NCBI GenBank assembly: GCA_965204745.1
Contig: OZ242010.1
Location: 2,464,001 to 2,528,000, forward strand
Direction: 5' to 3'
Length of the DNA stretch: 64,000 nt
Source of the DNA: Candidatus Latescibacterota bacterium
GTDB lineage: Bacteria > Latescibacterota > UBA2968
Within the stretch, counting starts at the first letter, position 1. The number at the start of each line of letters is the position of its first letter. A program made the translations under genes and the position numbers. Positions 1 through 10,441 of the stretch are shown here, in pieces. A model generated the notes under the pieces. That model saw only the letters and a list, made by a program, of their open reading frames with translations. It ran no database searches and was not told the DNA's origin.

Positions 1-1
1 T

Positions 2-307
2 AACGATATAGCAACTGATCGGGGTTTTGGTGTTCACAATAATTATCTTCTTTTTTGGGGAGAGGGTGGCATTATCCCGGTAACATTGTTCTTGTTGTTT
101 TTTATTTATTTATTGTTATTTTCGTTGACAATTCCTAACCCCGTTGTGAGAAACACCGTTTTCGGCTGGGTTTTAACAATTGCCATCTTTTGTTTAGCTC
201 ATCACACAATATTCCTAAAGAGAACAGTCGCCTTTCTCATCGGTTTGAGTTGTGCCTTAGTGGGCTTTGGCAACTATGTAGGGACTAAACAAGACAGTGA
301 ATCATGA
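2..307 (+). CDS. O-antigen polymerase/ligase family protein (Wzy_C-like), 5' partial
   Basis: Frame is open from base 2 and reads GVHNNYLLFWGEGGIIP (HN-YL-x-E-G motif of the Wzy/WaaL family) followed by hydrophobic helices; it overlaps the wzx start. Confidence 0.7.
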   Translation, partial: NDIATDRGFGVHNNYLLFWGEGGIIPVTLFLLFFIYLLLFSLTIPNPVVRNTVFGWVLTIAIFCLAHHTIFLKRTVAFLIGLSCALVGFGNYVGTKQDSES

Positions 308-1820
308 GAGCACGCAAAACCTGATCGCAAGGACGCAGACAGGACTGAAATGGTCTTCCTTGGCGACTGCTATCCAAGCAGTGCTGGCAGTGCTGATCCT
401 GTCGATCCTGTCGCGTCTGCTTTCGCCAACCGATTTCGGACTATACGGCATCGCGTTGATCATTGTGGGCTTTGCGGAAACGGCTATCAAGTGCAGCGTT
501 AGTCCCTCTGTCGTGCAACGGCTTGAACTGACGGATCAACACATTGAGGTCGCTTTCACAATTTCGATGGTGATCGGCACTGTCATAGCCGCGGGAACCT
601 GGTTGTTCGCACCGTTTTGTGGCACGCTCTTCAGCGAGCCGATAATTTCTGAAATACTTAGGATGCTGTCGGTCGTGTTGACAATTGTAGGCGTTGGGGC
701 CGTGCCGGAGTACTTGCTCAGTCGGCATCTTCAATTCAAAAATCTGATGACAGCCAATATCCTGTCGCAAGTGATTGGCAGTGGCCTCACGGCTATTGTT
801 CTGGCTCTCTTGGGATTTGGCGTGTGGTCTCTTGTCTGGGGCAAAGCCGTGCATCAAGCGGTATATACCGCGATGATTATCCGATGCAAGCCGCTGTCTC
901 TCCAACTCCGTTTGACCGTGCGAGAGACAATGGATCTCCTCGGCTACAGTACCGGGATTTTTCTCTCTTTGATCTTTTATTTTATTGCCCAGCAAGGCCC
1001 CTCCTTCATCATTGGACGCTGGTTGGGAGCCGCTTCGCTCGGTTACTACACGCGGGCTTGGTCGTTGATCGCATTGCCCATCCGATTCAACCACGCCTTG
1101 CTCCATGTCCTGTTCCCCGCCTTGTCAGCGCGGCAAAAACAGACGGCCCGCCTGCGCGTCGTCTATCTTCACGGTATCGAGATATTGCTCCTCGCGGCAG
1201 TACCCATAAGCATGATGTTGTTCATAAGCAACACTGAGCTCGTCGCCATCATCTTGGGTGGACAATGGCATGCCGTTGTTCCCATCATTCAGATTTTTGC
1301 GTTGGCAATCCTGTGCTTCACATGCGACGCCATAAATATTCCCCTCATGCGAGCACTAGGCGCGACATATGGCGAAGCTTGGCGGCAAGCGATATTCGCG
1401 TTGCTCGCCATCACCGGTGCTTGGCTCGGAAGTCACTGGGGCTTGGTGGGTGTTACCGTAGCCATCCTGGGGGCCTTGCTCACGGTTCATATACTCATGA
1501 CGCAGTTGGTATTGTCTCTTCTCGAACTGAACTGGCGTCATTTCCTCCGAGGTCATTTGCCGGCGTTTTGGGTTGCTACTTGGATTGCGCCAGTACTGTG
1601 GCTGACAGCACGACAAGCACGAGCGGTTTCGCTTCCGGCGTGGCTGTCGCTCGTTATCGAATGTTTAGCCTGCATCGCCGCCTTTGTTCTCGCGGTGTAC
1701 TTTTCCCCTCGGTTTGCTCGTCCTAGATCCATCGGCTGGATCCTGGCGAATGTTCATTTCGATGCCTTTGGCACGCCCGGCCACTTACTTCACAGCGCAC
1801 TCGCACGGATGGAACGCTAA
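297..1820 (+). CDS. wzx: Polysaccharide flippase (Wzx/PST family)
   Basis: 507 aa with many TM helices; LSRLLSPTDFGLYG, GFGVWSLVWG and IIGRWLGAASLGYY motifs. Confidence 0.85.
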   Translation: MNHESTQNLIARTQTGLKWSSLATAIQAVLAVLILSILSRLLSPTDFGLYGIALIIVGFAETAIKCSVSPSVVQRLELTDQHIEVAFTISMVIGTVIAAGTWLFAPFCGTLFSEPIISEILRMLSVVLTIVGVGAVPEYLLSRHLQFKNLMTANILSQVIGSGLTAIVLALLGFGVWSLVWGKAVHQAVYTAMIIRCKPLSLQLRLTVRETMDLLGYSTGIFLSLIFYFIAQQGPSFIIGRWLGAASLGYYTRAWSLIALPIRFNHALLHVLFPALSARQKQTARLRVVYLHGIEILLLAAVPISMMLFISNTELVAIILGGQWHAVVPIIQIFALAILCFTCDAINIPLMRALGATYGEAWRQAIFALLAITGAWLGSHWGLVGVTVAILGALLTVHILMTQLVLSLLELNWRHFLRGHLPAFWVATWIAPVLWLTARQARAVSLPAWLSLVIECLACIAAFVLAVYFSPRFARPRSIGWILANVHFDAFGTPGHLLHSALARMER

Positions 1821-1840
1821 CTCACAAAGGAGACGCAAAA

Positions 1841-2920
1841 ATGAAAATATTGATCGTCGTTTATGATTGTGGTGGCGGCATCGCGCGAGGGATTGCCAAC
1901 TTGAGGCCTGAGTGGGCAAAGTTGCACGACGTGACTATCGCGCTTTCATATGCGTCGCATTCGACTTTCCAACTTGAAGGGCGTACCGTCGAACTCAAGA
2001 CACCAGCGTCGGACAGCAGTAGATTGCGGAAAATCTATGGAGCTATGACGCGATCTGTGCGCCTGATGAAGCTGTTTCGAGACGAGTGTCCGAATCTCAT
2101 TATTTCATTTGGAGAGAACGCCAATTTTTCCGCCATTATCGCCGCGGCCTCAACGGGCTATCTGGATCGGCTCCGGGTGAGTATGCAGGGGCGGATTGAA
2201 GATTCCGCCTTTGCTTTTGTTTATCGCGCCCTGCTTCCATGGATGTACCGCTTCCCCTCTCGCGTTATTGCCGCCTCCAAAGGACTGGAAAGGATGCTAA
2301 TATCGAGGGGTGTTCCAGCCGGAAAGATATTGGTTTGCCCCAACGCCACCCCCATTTGCAAAACAGACGTTAGAGTCACCGAACGCGAATCGGTCTCACC
2401 GTTACCGAACCGCTACCTATTGGGAGCCGGGCGGCTCTCCCGGCAGAAGCGTTTTGAGCGGCTCTTGAAGGCATTTAGTGATCTCGATAGAGAAGATCTC
2501 CATCTAGCTATTATCGGCGAAGGTGAAAAGCGACAGTTGCTCATCGACTTGGCGCGAAAGTTAAATATAGGGGAACGCGTGCATTTCCCCGGATTCGTCG
2601 CCGATGTTGATACTTGGTACCGGCACGCGGAGTGTTTCGTGCTGAGTTCCGATAATGAAGGATGGCCGAACGTGCTGATGGAGGCCATGGCGAACGGATG
2701 TCCTGTCGTCAGCTTCGATTGCAAGTACGGACCTTCGGAGATCATCGAAGATGGTAAAAGTGGGCTACTGATCAAGGAAGGAGATGTCGCAGGACTGACC
2801 AGGGCGATTGCCCGGGTTCTCGATAGCGAAACCTTGCGGCGAAACCTCGCTATCGAAGGGATGAAGAGGGTAAAAATGTTCAACTTCGAGGAAATCGTAG
2901 CGCGTTGGTTGCGGGCATAG
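1841..2920 (+). CDS. GT4 glycosyltransferase
   Basis: GRLSRQKRF and SSDNEGWPNVLMEAMANGCPVV (EX7E) motifs; RBS AAGGAG upstream. Confidence 0.9.
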   Translation: MKILIVVYDCGGGIARGIANLRPEWAKLHDVTIALSYASHSTFQLEGRTVELKTPASDSSRLRKIYGAMTRSVRLMKLFRDECPNLIISFGENANFSAIIAAASTGYLDRLRVSMQGRIEDSAFAFVYRALLPWMYRFPSRVIAASKGLERMLISRGVPAGKILVCPNATPICKTDVRVTERESVSPLPNRYLLGAGRLSRQKRFERLLKAFSDLDREDLHLAIIGEGEKRQLLIDLARKLNIGERVHFPGFVADVDTWYRHAECFVLSSDNEGWPNVLMEAMANGCPVVSFDCKYGPSEIIEDGKSGLLIKEGDVAGLTRAIARVLDSETLRRNLAIEGMKRVKMFNFEEIVARWLRA

Positions 2921-2935
2921 GGAAAAATTATACAC

Positions 2936-4375
2936 ATGAATACATCTATAGTTACTCAACGCGGTATAAGGTATCCAAGTGGGAGTGAATTCTTTTCTCC
3001 TAGTGAGCGTTTTCCAGAGTATCCATTCGCCACCATATCGAAGATAGAAAATCCAGTGTATCGTCTCGTGAGACAAGTGCTGGTGGATGCAAACCTGGAT
3101 CGGAGTCACTTCGGTAGTTCTTCGTGGAATCCATTAGGGAGCTATATCGCACCCGATAGCCGTGTGTTTATTCTTTGCAACTTCGTCTATCATAGGCGAT
3201 CAAAGGAAACGCCACATAGCTTTCTGGCGAAGTGTATCCATGGATCAGTACTACGTGCATTGATTGATTACGTGTTAATCGCTACTGGACCGCAAGGGAA
3301 AATCGTGTTTGGAAATGCCCCATTGCAATCGTGCAGGTGGTCAAATGTGCTTGCAGATACAGGTGCTGATCGCGTGGCTGAATTTTATGTTGCGGAGGGA
3401 GCTTCTGTGCGAGCCGAGGATCTGCGCCTCTTTATCTCGGAAAAGAGTTTGCTCGGAAAAATAAAAAATAATTATAGCCGTGATGGAGAATCGTCTGCGA
3501 TTAGCTTTGATCTGGGCGAAAGTAGCCTTCTAGCAAAACGGAAGGGGTCTCCTTTCCGCGTCATGAATTACAATCCCGACAAGACTGACCGCTATCACTC
3601 TGGAAATTCCCACATATATGTAATCAACAGATCGGTACTCGATGCACAAACCGTAATTAGTTTGCCAAAGTTGAAAGTGCATGAGAAGGTCGGTCTAACG
3701 GGCGCGATGAAAGGATTTGTCGGCACCGTTGGCCACAAGGATTGTTTGGCACACCATCGTTTTGGATCGCCACTCCTTGGGGGTGATGAGTTTCCGGCAA
3801 AGCAGGCCTTCACAACCCCTCTTTCGAGTTTCCATGATTGGCTGAATCGCAGAGAGGCGGGAGCTCGCTTACAGGGATGTATGGAAATCTTGCACCACTT
3901 GTTGAGTAGTGCCCTACGGCGACTTGGTGTAATTCGCGGTGGGGCATGGCACGGTAATGATACAACTTGGCGAATGGTGCTTGATCTCGTTCAAATAATG
4001 CAGTACGGAGATAGTGCCGGGGCATTGCAGAGGAGCGTACAGCGACGGCACTTGGCACTAATCGACGGTATCGTTGGTGGTGAAGGCAATGGGCCGCTTG
4101 CACCGAGCCCGGTGGACTGCGGGACGCTGATATTCTCGGATGACCTAGTTCTCGCTGACCGGGTTGCATGGAGACTTATGGGTTATCGTCCGGAAGCTTT
4201 GCCGCTTCTGCAAGTATCGAACATGCAACCACGGCAACATAGCTTGGTGGACGGAGAACCGCGGCTGTCGTACAATGGCCTGCCTATAGTTGAGGAAAAG
4301 TTAAGCCCTGTTCTGTCGAGACCATTTGCGGTCCCTCGAGGATGGCACTCCTATTTGTCGAGATGGATTCTATGA
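2936..4375 (+). CDS. DUF362 domain protein
   Basis: ISLPKLKVHEKVGLTGAMKG and IDGIVGGEGNGP motifs typical of DUF362. Confidence 0.7.
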   Translation: MNTSIVTQRGIRYPSGSEFFSPSERFPEYPFATISKIENPVYRLVRQVLVDANLDRSHFGSSSWNPLGSYIAPDSRVFILCNFVYHRRSKETPHSFLAKCIHGSVLRALIDYVLIATGPQGKIVFGNAPLQSCRWSNVLADTGADRVAEFYVAEGASVRAEDLRLFISEKSLLGKIKNNYSRDGESSAISFDLGESSLLAKRKGSPFRVMNYNPDKTDRYHSGNSHIYVINRSVLDAQTVISLPKLKVHEKVGLTGAMKGFVGTVGHKDCLAHHRFGSPLLGGDEFPAKQAFTTPLSSFHDWLNRREAGARLQGCMEILHHLLSSALRRLGVIRGGAWHGNDTTWRMVLDLVQIMQYGDSAGALQRSVQRRHLALIDGIVGGEGNGPLAPSPVDCGTLIFSDDLVLADRVAWRLMGYRPEALPLLQVSNMQPRQHSLVDGEPRLSYNGLPIVEEKLSPVLSRPFAVPRGWHSYLSRWIL

Positions 4376-4481
4376 CGAGACTGCCAACTCGCGTCAGATG
4401 GCACCGAAGATCAGTGTTGGTCACAAAATGGAGAATACTGGTTGATAGTGGTCAATGTACGCGCAAAGAGAGGAGCTACAG

Positions 4482-5807
4482 ATGGCTTGGATTTCAAAAT
4501 CTCGACTAGCGGCTCTCGCTCTTGACCACCAGACGTGGTCACCATCTCAGGTAGCCGCCTACCAACTGAAACGAATAAACAATTTATGGGATGGAGCGAC
4601 TCGAAACATACCACACTATCGCAACTTGGTTAAGAGGCTTGGTTTACCTAAGTCCTTTGACTCTCTACAACAATACATAGCTCTGGTACCACCACTTACT
4701 AAGGATGTTTTCCAGAACCAAGATGTCCCTTACTGGCACCAAAAACCGCGGCCAAATCGCAAGCGAATAACTGGTGGAAGCACGGCAACGCCGATACAGA
4801 TTCCAACTTGGCGCAGGGAGTATGAAGCGAACAGATTGGATCCGTGGCTCGGTCGATCGTGGTATGGAATCGATCCATGCAATCGCCTGTTACTGTATTG
4901 GGGACACTCGCACTTGCTGGGGGAAGGATGGCGAGGGAAGGTTAACGGCTGGCTTAGGTCGATCAAGGATCTGGTACAGAACTATAAGAGGTGTTCCAGC
5001 TACGATATGTCTCAGACCGCACTGAGAAACGCCGGGCGGTACTTGTTGGAATCAAAAGCTCGTTTTGTACTTGGTTACTCATGCTATCTCGACCGATTGG
5101 CAAAGACAAACGCTCACTTGTCCTCAGCCTTTGCAGACTTAGGCTTAAAGGCAGTAATTGGCGCTGCCGAAGGGTTTCCCTTTGAGGATTCGGAACCGCG
5201 GATTGAGGAGGTTTTTCAGGCACCAATAGGTATGGAGTACGGCTCGGTGGAAACGGGTCTCATCGCACACACACATCCGGCCGGTGGCTATCGCGTATTT
5301 TGGAACAACTACTTACTCGAGTATTGCCCAGGGTCAGCGTTGCAGGAGGTTTTTGTAACATCCTTGTTTCGGCGCTGTACACCGCTGTTCCGCTATCAGT
5401 TGAACGACCGTTATGAATTCGCAGATGAGTCGCAACAGGTCGCAGGCTGTTCAACTCTTTCCTTTGGTCGTGTCGTCGGACGGAGCAACAGTTCCATCTC
5501 TTTGCCCAATGGTCAGATCTTACACTCGGAATCGGCAACTCATATCGTCCGCGGCATCTCTAAAATTACCGGTTATCAATTTGTGTCTTGGAAAGATCAA
5601 GTGACCCTGAATGTTACTGCGAATAAACCACTTGGGGATGAGGATCTCAAGCGTATCTACGGCATGGCGAGACGGATCGATTCTCAGTTTGGTAAGTTCC
5701 TGAGAATACAGGAGGTACCGGATTTGGACCGCACGGTAGCCGGGAAGACTCCGATGATTCTCAATAAAGACAGACCATATCGCGTCGGGGATAGCGAACA
5801 TCCATAG
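4482..5807 (+). CDS. Phenylacetate-CoA ligase-like / CapK-like AMP-binding protein
   Basis: TGGSTATP loop, EYGSVETG, FRYQLND, GRS and RTVAGK motifs; start chosen after AGGAG at 4471. Confidence 0.8.
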   Translation: MAWISKSRLAALALDHQTWSPSQVAAYQLKRINNLWDGATRNIPHYRNLVKRLGLPKSFDSLQQYIALVPPLTKDVFQNQDVPYWHQKPRPNRKRITGGSTATPIQIPTWRREYEANRLDPWLGRSWYGIDPCNRLLLYWGHSHLLGEGWRGKVNGWLRSIKDLVQNYKRCSSYDMSQTALRNAGRYLLESKARFVLGYSCYLDRLAKTNAHLSSAFADLGLKAVIGAAEGFPFEDSEPRIEEVFQAPIGMEYGSVETGLIAHTHPAGGYRVFWNNYLLEYCPGSALQEVFVTSLFRRCTPLFRYQLNDRYEFADESQQVAGCSTLSFGRVVGRSNSSISLPNGQILHSESATHIVRGISKITGYQFVSWKDQVTLNVTANKPLGDEDLKRIYGMARRIDSQFGKFLRIQEVPDLDRTVAGKTPMILNKDRPYRVGDSEHP

Positions 5808-7028
5808 GTGAGTACGGGGATCTTGAAGAGCGAAAGAGAGGACACATTGAAAGTTTTACACGTCATCGTCAGCCTGGCACCTGAACAAGGGGGGCCAGCG
5901 GTGTCTGTCCCAGGGCTGACGCAGGCTTTGGCTGAGGCGGGTATTCACTGCGAGATTTTTACGACTAACTGGAACGGCGTTGGTGATGACGCAATGTTGC
6001 CTTCCGTTGTTCCAATTCACCGATTCGAGGTGGGATTCGCGGCGCGCTTCTGGCCGGCTTATTCAAAAGGACTGGGCAAGGTGCTTGAAAAAAAAATGGG
6101 AAATGGGGCTTTTGATCTCGTTCACGTCCACGAGCCTTGGCATTACTTGGGATTCATCGCATTCCGCGTTGCTCGTAAAAACGCCCTTCCTTATGTTTTG
6201 AGTCCGAGAGGCGCGCTTAAAGAATGGTGTCTCCGGCAAAAGGCATTCAAAAAGCGGATATATCGAATGATGATCCAAGACCGCATTCTGAAATTCGCTG
6301 ATGCCATTCACGCGCTTACAAACGAGGAGATGACGAGCATCTCCAAACTCGGGTACAAAAGTTCCATCTTTGTCGCTCCCAACGGCATCGATCCATCTCC
6401 ATTCGAGTGCCCGCCTGATACATCGGCGTTCTTAGCGGCGTACCCAGAATTGGTGGGCAAGCGCGTGATTCTATACTTGGGGCGCTTGCATCCCAACAAG
6501 GGCTTGGATGTGCTTGCGCGAAGCTATGCAAACCTATCGCACAAGTTTAAGGATTCCGCGTTGCTGGTCGCCGGTCCGAATGAGAAAGGCACCCAAAAAA
6601 GAATGGAATCAATTTTGAAGACGTCGCCGGCTTCAGGCAGTACCGTATTCACCGGCCTGTTGACCGGCAAAGACAAGTTGGCGGCACTGGCGTGCGCGGG
6701 TCTGTTCGTTCTGCCCTCCCCCTCGGAGGGGTTCAGCATGGCAATACTCGAAGCACTGGCGGCTGGACTGCCCGTAGTCATCTCCAAACAATGCAATTTT
6801 CCCGAAGTGTCTGAACACGACGCGGGGCTCGTCATTGAACCCAATGATGCGGCTGTGACCGAGGCGATCAGCACATTGCTGTCAGACGATCAACTCCGCA
6901 CCCGCATGGGACAAAATGGCCGGAATCTGGTGAGGGAAAAGTACACTTGGGACGCAATCGCCGCGTCAATGGCTGGCCTTTATCAAAGGCTGGTCGCTCG
7001 GCGGTCTGCAAAGCGAAAGTTCGTCTGA
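5808..7028 (+). CDS. GT4 glycosyltransferase
   Basis: GGPAVSV N-terminus, GRLHPNKG, LPSPSEGFSMAILEALAAGLPVV. Confidence 0.9.
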   Translation: MSTGILKSEREDTLKVLHVIVSLAPEQGGPAVSVPGLTQALAEAGIHCEIFTTNWNGVGDDAMLPSVVPIHRFEVGFAARFWPAYSKGLGKVLEKKMGNGAFDLVHVHEPWHYLGFIAFRVARKNALPYVLSPRGALKEWCLRQKAFKKRIYRMMIQDRILKFADAIHALTNEEMTSISKLGYKSSIFVAPNGIDPSPFECPPDTSAFLAAYPELVGKRVILYLGRLHPNKGLDVLARSYANLSHKFKDSALLVAGPNEKGTQKRMESILKTSPASGSTVFTGLLTGKDKLAALACAGLFVLPSPSEGFSMAILEALAAGLPVVISKQCNFPEVSEHDAGLVIEPNDAAVTEAISTLLSDDQLRTRMGQNGRNLVREKYTWDAIAASMAGLYQRLVARRSAKRKFV

Positions 7029-7076
7029 TCCCTATATGTCCCGACGCAGGCAATTTTAAAAGAGGTCAACCGTATA

Positions 7077-8372
7077 ATGGGTATAGATATTCGAGATTTG
7101 TTTCTTACCTTTAAGGGGGTGAGGCTGGCACAATCTGTACTTAATAAGACGCAGTTCATGTCTTCAGCCGAGATTGCAGAATTTCAACTCAGTGCATTGA
7201 AACGCACACTCATCCAGGCCTACTGTCAGATACCTTACTATCAAAAACTGTTCTGGGAACACGATTTTGATCCTTATTCACTGAAATCACTCGACGCTTT
7301 ATCTCGGCTCCCGGTTCTTTCAAAGAAAGATGTGATTTCAGCCCCTAGCGATTTTTGTAGCTTTTTGACGGGTGAGCGCACCGTTGAGCTACATACTTCT
7401 GGAACAACCGGAAATCCGATGGCCACATTCACCTCTGAGCGACAATGGGTCGTTGAGCAGGCAGCAATCTGGCGTCAGTGGAAATGGGCAGGTTATAGGT
7501 TTCGGGACAAAATGGCGATTATCAGAAGCTATGCACCAAAAGCCGGAGAGCCTTTGACAAAGTTTGATCGGCTGAAGAACTGGCTCTACATTTCGCCATA
7601 TAACTTAGACGAAAAAAATGTGCTAGATCACCTGAGAGTATTGGAAAAATGGCAACCGAAATTTCTTCGTGGCTATCCTTCGTCGCTCTATCTTTTCGCT
7701 CGCGTTGCGCGAACACATAAAAAAACGCTACCAAGTTTGAAAGCTACGCTGACTGCCTCTGAAGTTCTTAGCGAAGAATATAGATGGGAAATTGAAGAGG
7801 CGTTCGGCATTCCGGTATTTGACCATTATGGACAGGCTGAAATATCAGCCATGTTGCATGAGTGCGAATACCACACTGGCTTGCACATTCTAGACGATTA
7901 CGCATATACAGAGCTATTAGACTCAGATACACCTGGGCAAAAACGACTCATTGCCACCAACTTGTTCAACGACGTAATGCCTTTGATTCGCTATAATACG
8001 GGGGATCTCGTGATTCCCAAGAAAGGAGAGTGCCCTTGTGGTCGAAGTTTCCGCTTGGTTTATCGCATTATAGGCCGGGCGGACCAAATGTTAGTTCATC
8101 GGGAAGGTTACTTCCTTCCACCTGTTAATTTTTATACGTATTTTTCAAAATTCAAAGATATTCTACGCTACCAGATCGTACAAGAGAGCGAAACCGAAGT
8201 AAAAGTGCTTGTACAATCGTCGAGGGGTGAAGACATATCCCGAACCATCAAAAACATAAAAAAAGAAATGGCTCTTAGGTTTGGAGGCCCAGTAGAAGTC
8301 ATTGAAACAGAAGCATTTGTATTGTCGGGAGAAGGAAAATGCAATATTATTGTGCAAAAAATAAGATGGTAA
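7077..8372 (+). CDS. Phenylacetate-CoA ligase-like / CapK-like protein
   Basis: TSGTTGNP, DHYGQAE, MPLIRYNTGD, CPCGR and SGEGK motifs. Confidence 0.85.
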   Translation: MGIDIRDLFLTFKGVRLAQSVLNKTQFMSSAEIAEFQLSALKRTLIQAYCQIPYYQKLFWEHDFDPYSLKSLDALSRLPVLSKKDVISAPSDFCSFLTGERTVELHTSGTTGNPMATFTSERQWVVEQAAIWRQWKWAGYRFRDKMAIIRSYAPKAGEPLTKFDRLKNWLYISPYNLDEKNVLDHLRVLEKWQPKFLRGYPSSLYLFARVARTHKKTLPSLKATLTASEVLSEEYRWEIEEAFGIPVFDHYGQAEISAMLHECEYHTGLHILDDYAYTELLDSDTPGQKRLIATNLFNDVMPLIRYNTGDLVIPKKGECPCGRSFRLVYRIIGRADQMLVHREGYFLPPVNFYTYFSKFKDILRYQIVQESETEVKVLVQSSRGEDISRTIKNIKKEMALRFGGPVEVIETEAFVLSGEGKCNIIVQKIRW

Positions 8373-9163
8373 TGGTTGCTGAACTTCACTGCCACACACG
8401 ACGTTCATTCGATGCGTTTACCACGGAGCGCGAACTGTTGAACGCGTGTTTGATCAAGGGAATTGATGTCGTAGCGATTACAGAACACGACCAAATTGCA
8501 AAGATTGACGATGCAATACTCCAAAAGAATGGAATACAAGTTATTCCCGGTTGTGAATTCACGACAGAAATGGGTGCACACATTATTGGGTTGTTCGTAG
8601 GGGAAGCACTCGCGAAAGGAACGAATGTTCAACGAATTTTGGATCATATCGTCTCGCATGATGGCCTCGTTTTAATACCTCATCCGTTTAAGCCCAAAAC
8701 GGGTGTTTGTGTAGTATATGACGATTATTCCTCAATTTTGGACAAAGCGCAGTTAATCGAGTTGTATAACGGAGGTCACGATCCAAAAGATGAGCGCGAG
8801 TTGCGAGTTATCGAAACTCTAGCAACGAAATTTCAACTTCGTCTCGTTGCGACTAGTGATGCCCACAAATCCCGTCAGATAGGATATTACGTAACAAAAA
8901 TAACAAATGTTTTCCAGTCGGATCTAAAGACTTCTCTGCTACACTCTCCGTTAGAGCATTATGTGGATGTATCGGCTAAAAAAAGACACCGCCGCTTGAA
9001 AGTCATCCAAAAAAATTCGATTTATCAAAATATGGTCTCCACGGTTCCGTCGTTTTTGAAACGCGGGATAAAAATGGTGTTCTATAGCCTCAGGATAAAG
9101 CGAAAAATAAAAAGGTCAACATACAAAAAAATTGGAACCCAATATGGCCGTGCGACCAAATAG
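8372..9163 (+). CDS. PHP-domain phosphoesterase
   Basis: ELHCHT, ITEHD, GCE, H, PHP and SDAH metal-binding motifs; TAATG overlap with the upstream stop (alternative start 8366). Confidence 0.8.
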   Translation: MVAELHCHTRRSFDAFTTERELLNACLIKGIDVVAITEHDQIAKIDDAILQKNGIQVIPGCEFTTEMGAHIIGLFVGEALAKGTNVQRILDHIVSHDGLVLIPHPFKPKTGVCVVYDDYSSILDKAQLIELYNGGHDPKDERELRVIETLATKFQLRLVATSDAHKSRQIGYYVTKITNVFQSDLKTSLLHSPLEHYVDVSAKKRHRRLKVIQKNSIYQNMVSTVPSFLKRGIKMVFYSLRIKRKIKRSTYKKIGTQYGRATK

Positions 9164-10256
9164 ATTTATAGAAAAACTCGATCCATACAAGATTACCACT
9201 CAAGAGCCGTGGAACGAAAAGGACCGGAAGGCAGTCCTTAAACTCGATTGGAATGAAGCGACATTTGTGCCTTCGTTTATTCGAGACTTTGCAATTCAAC
9301 TCCTGAAATCAGATGAGTATTTTAATTGGTACCCTGATTACAACGCGCACCAACTGCATAAAGCACTTGCTGAATCATTGGGAGTTTCCGTCATGGAAGT
9401 CCTTTCCTTTCCCGGCTCCGATGCCGCTCTTGAGGCTTTGTGCAGATGTTATCTAGCGCCTCGCTTCAAAGCTGTTGCAGTCACACCGAGTTACTCTAAT
9501 TTTTTTGTTTTTGCAAAATCTATCGGTGCATCAGTTAATTATGTGCCTATTCCCAAACCGTTCTGTTTTGATTTGGATATGGTCATCAACAAAACAAAGA
9601 AAGTAAGGGGACAACTTCTATATCTAGTAACTCCTAACAATCCTTGTGGGTACTTTATCGATCCCACCGATGTATCTAAAATATGCGATCTATTGCCGGA
9701 TGTTCTTATCGTATGTGATCAAGCTTATGTCGAATTCGCTACTTATGCCGATTGTGTCCACCTGATCAGCGATCATCCGAATCTGATAATCGTTCGTACT
9801 TTTTCCAAGGCTTACTCGCTCGCGGGGATGCGGGTGGGTTATGTAGTCGCCCAACACGAAATTCTAAAAAATCTAAGTAAAATTCGGAACGGGAAAAATC
9901 TTATTATGCTCGCGCAAAAACTTGCAATAGAATGTTTGAAGCACCCGACTTGGCTAGAGGACTGGGTAAAAGAGATTATACGAGAAAAAGAAAAACTTTA
10001 CAAAATTCTCGACCAATTTGAAATTCCTTACTACCATAGTCATGGCAATTTTGTGCTATTCGAACTGAGTTCGCCAAAGAAAGCAGTGGCAGAGTTCAAA
10101 AAAAGGCGAATTTTCATTCGGGATCAAAGTGAAGCCATCGAGGGCGGTGTACGCGTGACTATCGGACACAGTTCCGCAATGAAACGATTTGCGAACGTGC
10201 TTCAAGAAATTATTTCGGAAGATACTAGGGGGGTTACTCTTCGCGGTCTATCATAA
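9144..10256 (+). CDS. HisC/CobD-like PLP-dependent aminotransferase (class I/II)
   Basis: KLDWNEA, PNNPCG, DQAY and RTFSKAYSLAGMRVGY (PLP lysine). Confidence 0.85.
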   Translation: MAVRPNRFIEKLDPYKITTQEPWNEKDRKAVLKLDWNEATFVPSFIRDFAIQLLKSDEYFNWYPDYNAHQLHKALAESLGVSVMEVLSFPGSDAALEALCRCYLAPRFKAVAVTPSYSNFFVFAKSIGASVNYVPIPKPFCFDLDMVINKTKKVRGQLLYLVTPNNPCGYFIDPTDVSKICDLLPDVLIVCDQAYVEFATYADCVHLISDHPNLIIVRTFSKAYSLAGMRVGYVVAQHEILKNLSKIRNGKNLIMLAQKLAIECLKHPTWLEDWVKEIIREKEKLYKILDQFEIPYYHSHGNFVLFELSSPKKAVAEFKKRRIFIRDQSEAIEGGVRVTIGHSSAMKRFANVLQEIISEDTRGVTLRGLS

Positions 10257-10441
10257 GCCCGATGTTGATCTACTCTGTTGCTGTCAGCCAATCCATTTGC
10301 AAAAATCCCTGTCTGATTTGAATTACCTCGCAATTACGCAATTAACTGTTTTTCCCTTCTGAGTGTTGTCCTTACATCGGTGCGAGAGGTCAACTACGGA
10401 GTCGGGCTAAGTTGGGACCCAATAACGCAACTGGTTCCGTT

